From Octopus sinensis (lineage: Eukaryota), in NCBI RefSeq assembly GCF_006345805.1, contig NC_043004.1, forward strand, positions 34,162,001 to 34,226,000: a stretch of DNA of 64,000 nt. Direction: 5' to 3'. A program made the position numbers and the translations under genes. Positions 52,950 to 64,000 of the stretch are shown here, one piece after another (position 1 is the first letter of the stretch; each line of letters opens with the position of its first letter). The notes beneath the pieces were generated by a model. That model saw nothing but the letters and a program-made list of their open reading frames with translations, did no database searches and was not told the DNA's origin.

Positions 52950-53288
52950 GGAGACCCCCTTCGGTCACGAATGACCATGTGATTGCACCTAGAAAGTTAC
53001 CTTCCGAGGCACAAGTCCAGGCAAGGTTGTTTATGAAAGGCCAGCAGTTGCCCATGCATACCATTCTCTCCTCTCCACGCCACCGATGTTATCCAAGGGA
53101 AAGGCAAAGGGGCCAATACAGCTTGGCACCTGTGACATCGCAACTCATTTCTACAGCTGAGTGAACTGGAGCAACGTGAAATAAAGTGTCTTGTTCAAGA
53201 ACACAACGCGCAGCCCGGTCCAGGATTCAAACTCACAACCTCACAGTCGTAAGTTGGATGGCCTAACCACTGAGCCATGCGCCTTCAC
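52950..53288 (-). mobile_element. tRNA-derived SINE family E, full length
   Basis: Minus strand GGCGCATGGCTCAGTGGTTAGG (A box)...GAGTTTGAATCC (B box)...gtgttcttgaacaagacactt core. Confidence 0.85.
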
Positions 53289-54059
53289 AGATATAATATA
53301 TACAATGCATATATGTTGTTACTGTCATCCTGCATGTTATTTCTATATATATAAAATTCTTTGTTGTTATTGTCATTCCACTTGTTACTTCGCTCTATAT
53401 AAAACTTTTTGTCTCTCTCTGTCTGTTCCCTATGCATTCTCAAATGGCTCAACCAAATCAAATCAAATTTTACAAGGTAAGAGTATCACATCTAGTGAGT
53501 GTCAACATGAAATTCTTTTTTCACTTGGATTAAAATAACATTGGCACTGGTTTTATATTAGGTGTCAAAAGTCAAAGAATAAAAGTGAATGAATAAGATC
53601 TAAATTGTAATGTGATACATTGTTTCTCTTTTATACTTTCACTTTTAATTCTAAACCTGACAGCGATGTCACATTTTGTATATGACTGTGTAGCTGTCTG
53701 TGAGTGTATGAGTGTGAATACGTCTGTCAGTGTGTGTGTCTTTCCATGTTAGATATTTTATTAAACACACAAACACATCTACACACACACATATATATAT
53801 ATATATATGTGACGACTGACATGGGTGAATTTATGTTTGTGTGTGTCTATCTTACTGTATGCATGTGAGCCCTGGCCAGTGTCAATATGAAATTTTATTT
53901 TTATTTCGATTAAAACAATATAACATTTCATAGATATAATCTTTCTATAGTCAACAGGACATTTTATACCACGATGACGATGACAGCACCACATTTTGCA
54001 TATGACTGTGTATCTGTCTGTGAGTGTATGTGTGTGAATGTATGAGTGTGTATATCCAT

Positions 54060-54515
54060 CCCATTCTTATAAAAGTCATAATTCTGTTCAAATTGGTGTG
54101 CTACACTCAAATTGATGTTTCTGTAAAGCTTTAAAATTTCCAAACGAAACGAATGGCATTAGCTGCTCAAGTGGTAAGGTAAGATTTCCAACACTAGATG
54201 TGGCATCACAAATTGTAGGTGCCCTAGGTATGATAAATAAGGGATGTCAGAAACATCTAGATACAATCCCAGGAGAACCATGTCTCAGAAAAATCCAAAA
54301 GGTTGTACTGACAAGTACTGCCCACATCCTTAGGAAAGCCCCATCCATTTAAATGTCTGTGTTGTATTAGATGAGGATATTTCACTACTGAACCTGCCAC
54401 TTCCCCACCCTTCCCAAACTATCAGTCATACTATAACATCTCTTATCCTCCACTCACCTCAGGACACTGGGTGTGTCTTGTAAAGTGATTGTAACAAACA
54501 TGCAGATTAAAAGTA

Positions 54516-54547
<32 letters not shown>

Positions 54548-54634
54548 TAATAATAATAATGATAGTAATAATAATAATAATAATTATAAGAAGAAGAAGA
54601 ACAACAACAACAAATAACAATAATAATAATAACA

Positions 54635-54685
<51 letters not shown>

Positions 54686-54702
54686 TAATAATAATAATAA
54701 TA
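54060..54702 (+). mobile_element. R4/Dong-like non-LTR retrotransposon 3' end followed by (TAA)n
   Basis: 54209-54352 encodes QIVGALGMINKGCQKHLDTIPGEPCLRKIQKVVLTSTAHILRKAPSI*, the RLE C-terminal IVIGALG...IQK...TAHILRK motif. A 3' UTR follows, then (TAA)n at 54515-54702. Confidence 0.8.
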
Positions 54703-54799
54703 ACAGCAAACACCTTCTACTGTCATCTTAACATCACACTAGCATATTATCTTTTAAAACAAACTTTTAAGTTTTTTATATTTTGACAGACATTCTCTT

Positions 54800-54951
54800 G
54801 AACAATACTCTGTGCAAAACCCAAGATGTGGCACCCTAGACATAACATCAGCTTGAACTTCTATCTTGTTGTCTCTTGAGGTCTTTGGGTGAGATTTGGA
54901 GTCATCTTGTACAAACACAAAGCAAAAACCAAACTAATAATAATAATAATA
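54800..54951 (+). mobile_element. Second (TAA)n-tailed 3' UTR fragment, probably R4-like
   Basis: gtctcttgaggtctttgggtgagatttggag...caaactaataataataataataa. No coding remnant. Confidence 0.35.
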
Positions 54952-54972
54952 AGGGCACAAATATATATATAT

Positions 54973-55009
<37 letters not shown>

Positions 55010-55159
55010 TCCACTGGGATCAGTGTGTACGAGACGTGCAGCCGGAGCGTAAGTATCCAAACGAATCCATAAATGGTAGAGTAGGTAAAGAGTCCAGTGG
55101 AGAAGTTCGTAGTGGTGAGAAAAGATAGGATCAACAAGTGCGACTACGTGAGTGTGTGA

Positions 55160-55552
55160 TATATATAGGGAGAGTTTATGAAAAAAACAAAAGACGAAGA
55201 CAAGTGATGTACAAAACAAACAGATGTATTAGTATAACACTCAGGAATCGAAAAAGTCTTTTACGTCTCGAGCCTACGCTCTTCTACAGAAAGGGACACA
55301 GAAAAAACAAGGAGAGAAAAAAAATGTGTATAGTGGCTAACGATCTATCATGGCGACTAGTTTTTTCTCTCCTTTTTTTCTCTCGTTTTTTTTTCTCTCC
55401 TTGTTTTTTCTGTGTCCCTTTCTGTAGAAGAGTGTAGGCTCGAAACGTAAAAGACATTTTCTATTCCTGAGTGTTATACTAATACATCTGTTTGTTTTGT
55501 ACTCCACCTGTCTTCGTCTTTTGTTTTTTTCGTAAACTCTCCCTATATATAT
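55160..55552. mobile_element. Head-to-head inverted pair of family P1 PLE-type repeats
   Basis: Arms of about 165 bp (55160-55324 and 55386-55552) with several mismatches; each arm carries an HHR-like motif. Confidence 0.7.
55412..55457 (+). ncRNA. Candidate minimal type I hammerhead ribozyme (A6U core)
   Basis: gtgtcccttt-CTGTAGA-a-gagt/gtag/gctc-GAAA-cg-TA-aaagacat. Stem I is 3+5 bp with a CC bulge, and the stem III region is the palindrome ACGT. Confidence 0.45.
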
Positions 55553-55560
55553 ATATATAT

Positions 55561-55607
55561 GTAGTTTTTATAAAACTATTTTAGCATTTTCTACCTTGAC
55601 TTTGTTT

Positions 55608-55650
<43 letters not shown>

Positions 55651-55698
55651 GAAATAAAGTCAAGGTAGAAAATGCTAAAATAGTTTTATAAAAACTAC
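55561..55698. repeat. Inverted repeat with 50-bp arms around (TA)n
   Basis: 55561-55610 versus 55649-55698, one mismatch. Confidence 0.93.
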
Positions 55699-56857
55699 AT
55701 ATATATATATATATATATAAAAAACACAACATCTAAGTTAGCTTGGAAATAAAGACTGTCTTTTAGTATTAATACTGCCTCTGTCACTATTAATTATATA
55801 TTAATTGTATATGTGTGTATATATGCATCTCTCTATACATATGCTTCAAAGAAGAAGACCAATGTATCAAGAATACTGAATACATTAGAGACATTTTACT
55901 TTGTTAGGCCAACAGTTCAAGTCCTTAAGGAGTTAATTGGCTGGCTTTTCCTTTATCCCTAAGGCTTGTGAAATAATTGAAAATTGAATACCAATATAAG
56001 TTCAATTATTTAAACACATCTCCAACCAGAAATATATTTTAGTGAGGAATGATAGTTTCTGAAAATTAATTTTTGTTTTTGCCATCCATCCAATATATTA
56101 GGAAAAGCCATCATTAAGCATATTAAATGCCATTTAGACAGTAATGCTTGTCTTCAATGTTGAAATAACTGTGAAGAAATATTTTTTTAAAAATCACTTT
56201 GATTCTCTGTGTAATACATAATAGATTCCTAACCTGTTAACCTTTTACTCTCTCCTGCAGCATTCCAACAGAGTGAACTATTTAACTCAGCTGTGCCACC
56301 TTGAAGCCAAACATAATTTTCTCTTCATTGGAAACCAGGTTATTTTTTCCTAATCAATCAATTTTTCCTTTAAATTCAGCCCCTTCAGTAATATTGGCTG
56401 GCGTTATTGGAAATTGTTCAGCAACAATTCTATCCCAATTTTCTGATTCTTTCCTTTCATTTACATCATTAAGTTTTGGCCCATGATTGGAAATTTCAAA
56501 ATTAATCATTGCTCACCATAAATGGCGAAGATATCTATATCCATTCCATGAGTTCTTTTTCTGTTTTTTTAGTCAGAAAATAGAAGTGAAATGATCTCAT
56601 TGATTAAGTATTGAACTATTGGCTCATGCATTTGAAGTTCATATACTTGGAACACATTTCGGTGTATTTCTGAACAACATTATTTATTCTATTTTGCCTG
56701 GACACAGGTGTGGCTGTTGTGCTTAGGAATTTTATTATCGAATGTAAGGTCTCAGGTTCAATACCAATAGAGATGTCTTCTACTGTAGTTTCAGGCGAAC
56801 CGAAACCATATCAGTGGATTTGGTTGGAAGAAACTAGAAGTGTGTTAGGTGTGTGTT

Positions 56858-56902
56858 AGATGTGTGTGTGTGTATGTGTGTGTTTGTGTGTGTGTGTTTG
56901 CA

Positions 56903-56933
<31 letters not shown>

Positions 56934-56954
56934 TTTGGTGTGTGTGTTTGTGTT

Positions 56955-56985
<31 letters not shown>

Positions 56986-57126
56986 TTTTGTGTGTGTGTG
57001 TGTGTGTATGCGTGTGTGTGTGTTTGTGTGTGTGTGTGTGCGTGCGTGTGTTTTTGTGTGTGTTTTTGTGTGTGTGTTTGCGTGTGTTTGCATGTGTGTG
57101 TGTTTGTGTGTGTGTGTGTTTGTGTG
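56858..57126. repeat. Interrupted (TG)n microsatellite
   Basis: Directly visible. Confidence 0.96.
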
Positions 57127-57499
57127 TTAACATGGTTTGTTCTTGGGTCATGTGAGAAACTGAATTTCTACCATCTTATTGTGTTTCTGGACAAAAGCAA
57201 CACTGTGCTGTACAGAGGTGGTTGACTTTGTTATCAGGAATAAGTGTTAGATTTCTACAAACCAAAGCCAACACCATACGGAGACTCTGGGACAATAATG
57301 GAACTGGAATATGTGTCTGTGAGTGATTGAGAAAAAGTTTGCTGAATAACATTTGTTAAAAAAATGAGATGATTAACTAAATTACATTCATTACTGTCTT
57401 GTGGATATCATGTGCCTTTCTCCTCTATTAATGTCCCAACTCTTCATTTAATCGAAGAATTTTTATCTCTTTCCAATGAGAATCTCGGAAACACCATTC

Positions 57500-57762
57500 T
57501 TTCTACATTTACTGGTTACCAATTCTTTCTGTTTGGTAATTTTAATGCCAGGGTAGGTTGTGATTGGAGAACAACCTCATTGTGTTTCTGCCAGGTTGAA
57601 AATCCATTTTGAATACGAGTCACTGTTGATGATGTCTTTGACGAAATTCCATGCTACATTTGTCACAAAATATTCAAAACAAAGTTAGGGATATGTAGTC
57701 ATGTGAAAGCCCATTGCAGAAAAGTTAACAAATCTGTTATAGGCATACGTCTGCAAGGATAA
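57500..57762 (+). mobile_element. Internally deleted RTE remnant (APE motif plus terminal zinc knuckle)
   Basis: LFGNFNARVGCDW at 57529-57567 and PCYICHKIFKTKLGICSHVKAH...* at 57649-57762. Confidence 0.55.
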
Positions 57763-57994
57763 AATGGTTATGCTAATAATTGAATTGACAGCCACCATAA
57801 ATGGTTGCACACATATATCTAAAAGAGAAAAAGTGTTTTACTGTCCAAGCAAAAAGAACTAGGACATTCCCTAGTGGCATCAGCGCTATCTGGCATTGCT
57901 GGAGAGAGAGTGAGACTAACAGAAGTTACCAAAATCAATGTAGATACTAAATAACAGCTGATGAAAGCATTTCCACACAATGGAAGCAATATCA

Positions 57995-58225
57995 TTATCA
58001 CCATTTAACGTCTGTTTTCCATGCTGGCATGGGTTGACTGAGGACTGGCAGGCCAGGGGGATGCACCAGGCTCCAATCTGATCAGAAAAGGTTTCTACGG
58101 CTGGATGTCCTTCCTAATGCCAACCACTCTGAGAGTGTAGTGGGTGCTTTTTATGTGCCACTGGTATGGGAGCCAGTCAGGCGGCACTGGCATCAACCAT
58201 GTTCAGATGGTGCTCTTTATGTGCT
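57995..58225 (-). mobile_element. RTE-type LINE 3' end
   Basis: catttaacgtctgttttccatgctggcatggg...ctaatgccaaccactctgagagtgtagtgggtgc. Confidence 0.8.
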
Positions 58226-59650
58226 GTGGACAAATAATAAAAATATATATGCATACAGGTATATGTATTTGTACCTGCAAAAATGTGTGTGCACACGCGG
58301 ACATAGAAAAGTAGTGTTCATTGTGTTCATTAGTAGAAGGGAATAGAAACTATGATACCCTCAGTGAAGTGGTTTTGCTTTTTTGGTATAAAAGAAGTGG
58401 CAACTGTCTCAGTTGTATTCTCAGGAGAAACATCGGTCACAGAAAAGATGCTGTCAGAACTTTGGCAGATTAACATAAAACCCGAATATTAGATGTGTTT
58501 GATATGTAGGAATAATGAAAATCCCAAACATCCATGAGATAAAGTTTGTTGAACTTTCCAGATGAACCATCTGAAGTCATTGATGGTTTACATCAACTTG
58601 GTCAGTGATTCTCCGATCGACAAACATCAAGTCTCCAATAATACTAGTAAAATATTTTGACTTCTTTATTAATAGACAGGGCATGACCTTGTGGCTAAGT
58701 AAATGAGGTGCCAATCATAAGGACATAGGTTCTGTCCCTTACCTTATAGTTACATTGTGTCCCTAGGTAAGGAACTTTACTTCATGTTGCTACAGTTCAT
58801 TCAGTGAGCAAACATGAGTATTAAGATTAAGAGAGAGCCTGGTCAGCATCAGGCCAGTGTGACAGCATTTATATATCAGTGGTCTGACCCAAATACATTC
58901 AGGCACGAGAAAGGACACACCCAGCAGTAGGCTGTTGTATTCTGCCTTTAACTCTCACCTTTTAATTACGAGAAGACAAAACAGAGTTTACATCAATCTA
59001 ATAATTCTTCTTTCTTCAACCCTGGTTGTAGACAAGTTTAACAAGATTAAATCCACCTGAAATCACAGTTGCATTAAATATAGCAATGTGTTTTCCCCAT
59101 TATCAATCTTTCTCCTCTCATCATGACAAACATTGTTGACTTATGTGACAAGTGCACTGACCAGAGCAGAGTTGTTATGGAACACTATGAAACGAAGGAA
59201 GAAAGGGGTGATAAGAATTCATGGAGTTAATTCCGTTTATGTGTTTATCTCTTTTTATCCATCAGGCCTAAGACCATGCTGTATCACTGCCTTTACCCCT
59301 GTTCATAACAGCTTCTATCTTTGTTCAAAAACGTAGATGATAGCAACATGAGTAAGAAGTAATGAGACATGGATGCTTAATGTAGAAGATCTACAATGAG
59401 TGAAGGGAAAGTCATTTGGTATGATTGGCGATGGGAATGGATAATGAGGGCCGGGTAGGAAAAAAAATAGGTGTGAAGTATCTGTGACAGAGAATGCATA
59501 TGGAAGATGTGAGAAGAAATGGTGAGATGGAATCTCAGGAGATGAAATAATGTAGTCTTTCAATGAATGGCAATTTACCATAATTGCACACCAATCAATC
59601 ATATGCTAACATGCAAGAATCAATGGTTTGGCTGAAGAGCAAGAGAAGAG

Positions 59651-59652
<2 letters not shown>

Positions 59653-59682
<30 letters not shown>

Positions 59683-60010
59683 TGTATGTATGTGTATGTG
59701 TGTGTGTATGTATGTATGTATGTATGCATGCATGCATGTATGTATGTATGTATGTATGTATGCATGCATGCATGTATGTATGTAAGTGTGTGTATGTGTG
59801 TGTGTATGTATGTATGTATATATATATGTGTGTATGTCTGTATATATGTATGTAAGTATATGTGTTTGTATGCATTTACCCTTTTGTATATGTATGTATG
59901 TGTGTGTATGTTTGTATGTATGTATGTATGTATGTATATATATATGTGTGTGTGTGTATATATGTATGTATGTAAGTATATGTGTTTGTATGCATTTACA
60001 CTTTTGTATA
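59653..60010. repeat. (TATG)n compound microsatellite with a 120-bp higher-order duplication
   Basis: tatgtaagtatatgtgtttgtatgcatttac(c/a)cttttgtatatg occurs twice. Confidence 0.9.
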
Positions 60011-60270
60011 TGTATGTATTATGTAAGTATGTACTCACAGACACATTTATGCACTACATAAATTCATACATTTATAAATCTTCATAGAAATATACAGTTT
60101 GATAGATAGATTGATTGATAGATACATTTATTCAATATTCTAATTTTTCTATATTTCATTTTTGTTTCTGAAGTTATAATGATCTCACCATTTATATAGC
60201 ATATATATACATATGCATACATGTTCACAAATATATATATATTCATATATACATACATACATACATATAC

Positions 60271-60303
<33 letters not shown>

Positions 60304-60372
60304 TATATATATATATACATATATGTATACACACAAATATATATATATACATATATACATACATACATATAC

Positions 60373-60415
<43 letters not shown>

Positions 60416-61439
60416 TGTATACACACAGAGAGGCATATATATATATTATATATGCACACATATCTATGTACCTAACATATGTATATGTGTATACATGTAA
60501 AATTATATGTTTGTGTGTGTGTGTGTGTGTGAGTGTTATCATTTATTATACTTACTAAATATATGTCATATCTAATTGTGTGTTTTGTTTTATTCTTCTA
60601 AGGAACTCGTAGCAGGCAGTTATTGAAAGAAAGAGAAATTATTAGTTTAACTCCATTAAGATAAGAAAACTGCATCTACAGGAAATTGATGACATTACTC
60701 ATTAAAATTATATGATTAGAATGTAGCAAAGTGAATTAATAACAAATTTTAGTTTCAGCCAATGACATCCTCTGCGTAATATTCAAACATAAGAGAAAGC
60801 AGATTTTATCAAGCAAACATCAAACATCAGCGGAGATGGCAGTTTTCTTTATATTTTTCAAACCCAGAATTACAGTAATAAATCACTAAATTGGTCTTTG
60901 TAACAAGCAGTAACTCTCGGTCATTGATTGAGTCAGTTCATTTTATCTTAACTGCAGCAAAAGACAAAAGAGAAGTAGCCTGCAATTTGTGAGAAAATTG
61001 AATGCACCATGTTTCTAATATATTCACCATTGATTTGACCTGGCTCTCAATTCAAAGCTTTTTAATCAACTTGCTTTAAAATATGTATAAACAAATTAAT
61101 ATCCTAACACACTCACATTCTTTTTCTTACACAACTACTTTGTTAAAATTGATTTCTTTTTTTTCTTTTTTGATACTATAAATTGAAAGTTATTTTTAAG
61201 CATGTTTGTCAAAATGTAACCGACCAAGTTGATAAGTTGGTTAGCATTTTTATTTCTTGTAAATTAGAAAGTTTATTTGTGGCATCCTTTTTTTTTTTCT
61301 AGACTGATGCCAGACAGGTAGGACACCAAAAATATTACAAACAAATATGCAAAATTTGTTTGCATATAAGAAGCAAGATATTGAGTGCTTGTACAACATC
61401 CTGTAACTTTCTCAAAGCCAATACACACACACACAAACA

Positions 61440-61533
<94 letters not shown>

Positions 61534-61954
61534 CTTAAATAGATTAGTTATAGGATTCAGTAGAATCTAGGCACATCAACAGGTGTTCTTTTTTTTTTTA
61601 ACTATGTCATCCTAGAACCATCCCTGAATCAAATCTATGGTTTAAATTGGATTTGGTATTTACATAACTGTAGCACCCTGTCGAAACCTGATATCTTCAT
61701 GGTTGTTTTACTTCACTGCGAATCCTTTGTTATTGTACCAAGCCATTTTTAGCACCCTACCTGTTTATGTGCCTATATATATACTGCATACAGGGTATTC
61801 AGTTTAAATTTGACACTTTTTTTATGTTTCTGTATTTTTTTTTTAGGAACCGAATGATGTTTTGATGATCAGTCAGCTGTGTTGTAGAACATAAAGATTA
61901 AAGTTGCAGTTGATAAAAAAATTTGGGTGACATAACAGAATGGAAGCCATCTGA

Positions 61955-62095
61955 ATATTGGTTTCAAATTTTGGAACAAGGCCAGCAACAATGGGGGGAG
62001 GGGGCAAGTTGAGTACGTTGACCCCAGTATTTAACTGGTACTTATTTTATCAACTCTGAAAGGATGAAAAGCAAAGTTGACCTCAGCAGAATTTG
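61955..62095 (-). mobile_element. SINE family B
   Basis: gaccccagtatttaactggtacttattttatcaactctgaaaggatgaaaagcaaagttgacctcagcagaattt. Confidence 0.75.
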
Positions 62096-62662
62096 TATGT
62101 ATGCATGTATGTATGTATGTATGCATGTATGTATGCATGTATGTATGCACACTGTGGATTTCTTTAAAGTTGCTTTCTACCAAATTCTACTTGGAAGGAA
62201 TTTAACAAACTGAAACTGTACTAGAAGACATTTGTGCAATGTACTGCACTATGGCATAGAACCCAGAAAATCACGGTTGCACAGAAAACTTCTGAACCAC
62301 ATGTCTCCATCTGGACCATGATCTGTATATATACATGACATAGGTATATCTATACTTATTTCTTTTTCTCTCTCTTCTTTCTGTCTCTGTCTGTTTGTCA
62401 CTCTATCTCTCTCTGTTTATATATTTTTGTTACTTTTCATTTGTCTTGCTCGCTTACGTTTCTGGTGTTTGCTAAATTTTCTAGAGAACAATTCTTAGAG
62501 GTAAGATCATAGCGGATCTACTTCTAGCATTAGGGTGTCCACATAGGTGGTAATCCCTCTTATATGCTTGTAATACAATTTACTGAACCTCAGTTTTTTT
62601 AATATGCTAGACCACTGGTGAATTGATGTTATCAAATTAATATCCAATTTTTTCACCCTCAA

Positions 62663-63038
62663 CCAACCACATGGTTCCGGGTTCAGTCCCACTGCATGGC
62701 ATCTTGGGCAAGTGTCTTCTACTATAGCCCTGGGCCGACCAATGCCTTGTGAGTGGATTTGGTAGACGGAAACTGAAAGAAGCCTATCGTATATATGTAT
62801 ATATATATATATGTGTGTGTGTATGTGTTTGTGTGTCTGTGTTTGTCCCCCTAGCATTGCTTGACAACTGATGCTGGTGTGTTTACGTCCCCGTCACTTA
62901 GAGGTTCAGCAAAAGAGACCGATAGAATAAGTACTGGGCTTACAAAGAATAAGTCCCGGGGTTGATTTGCTCGACTAAAGGTGGTGTTCCAGCATGGCCG
63001 CAGTCAAATGACTGAAACAAGTAAAAGAGTAAAGAGTA
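62663..63038 (+). mobile_element. SINE family A, 5'-truncated, young
   Basis: Nearly identical to 25345-25725. Confidence 0.92.
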
Positions 63039-64000
63039 TATATATATTTATTTTTTATGCATGTATGTCTAATGCTTATCTTAAGGACAGAGAAAATTAA
63101 ATGTGGACAGAAACTGTTATCTCATGTATTAAATCCATATTCAAATGAACGATGGTCACATCAGCCATACATATAAACCTTACGATTAAAATAACATGAT
63201 GCAACATCGTCCATAGGATTGTTATTTGTATTACATAAGAAAATGAATTTGTATAAGAAATTTTAATTATTACAGAACATCTTAATGTAATGCAGACCTC
63301 TGAAGAATTCTTGTACACAATATTCTCTGCGAATATTTACTTTCATTCTTTGTTTTGTCACATTGCTAACTTCACTTCAATTTCCTATTCTAGATGTAGC
63401 TTAAAATTAGAACTTAGTCACGGAAAAGCAAAGCAGGAAATTAATTCATTCCTGCATTTGTTAGGGATTAATTTTTAATTGAAAATGGAAAAAACAAACA
63501 AACAAACAAGCAAATTATAGAAATTACTGCTTCTTTCTCTTTATTTTCATTCCATGCAGTGTTGCACATTAGTCCATCATTGGAGAAGAGACAATATGTG
63601 TCTCTAGGTATACAACTCACCTCAATCATTTAAAGATAGTTTCTACTTTCCAATGGAATGTGCCTCAGTAATTTGAAGGTTTACCACATCTGAGTATGTC
63701 AGATGCAGCAAACTTTCTGTTGTCTTATAATATTCTTTGTACTGCATATTGAGCAAGACTTAACAGCAACATCAGCGAAACAAAAAGGGAAGATCAAAGT
63801 GAGGCTTAACATGGCTTCAGCTAATCTGCAAAGTTGAGACTAAAACCGGACTTTATAGAAACAATGTCAAATCTGTTTTAATGTGTTCTTTCATGATAAT
63901 TCTTTGAGAATCACAAAGAAATTGTCAAAGAAAGCTTTTGATAAACTGATGATGTAATAGAAAGACCAAAACGATCAAATATCCTTTCCAAGCCACAAGC

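Noticed and set aside
59315-59602. APE-like minus-strand ORF
   Set aside because: GDFN and other catalytic motifs are not actually present; resemblance is only compositional.
63935-63980. Hammerhead-like CTGATGA...gaccAAAAcgatc
   Set aside because: Stem II and stem I cannot be formed convincingly in either parse; too degenerate and at the window edge.

Overview
Eukaryotic, AT-rich, repeat-saturated non-coding DNA. The SINE families, the (GAT)n-tailed RTE 3' ends and the extreme (TA)n/(CA)n/(TATG)n load look like an octopus (cephalopod) genome; this is from recall, not a database search. I cannot support any intact host gene, rRNA, genuine tRNA or CRISPR array, and almost all ORFs in the supplied track are microsatellite translations or SINE read-throughs. 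Recognisable content is (i) several tRNA-derived SINE families, labelled A, B, D and E by me; (ii) fragments of RTE/BovB, CR1, R4/Dong-like and HERO-like LINEs plus a Penelope-like (PLE) GIY-YIG endonuclease; (iii) mariner, pogo/Tigger, hAT-, Tc1- and piggyBac-like DNA transposon relics; (iv) two canonical non-autonomous Helitrons, one carrying a captured CpG-rich fragment that looks like a first coding exon. The most interesting signal is a set of minimal type I hammerhead-ribozyme (HHR)-like motifs in five unrelated sequence contexts: a 62-bp-arm palindrome (13.0 kb), a family with a head-to-head pair (55.2 kb) and a single copy (5.7 kb), two solitary motifs with fully canonical cores (10.2 and 29.7 kb), and a 4 x 183-bp tandem array with one motif per monomer (27.9-28.6 kb) that resembles a retrozyme-type satellite. 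Several carry non-canonical core bases, so activity is untested. There are also three fold-back inverted duplications centred on (TA)n tracts. All folds and translations were done by eye, and repeat boundaries are approximate (about +/-10-20 bp) unless stated exactly.
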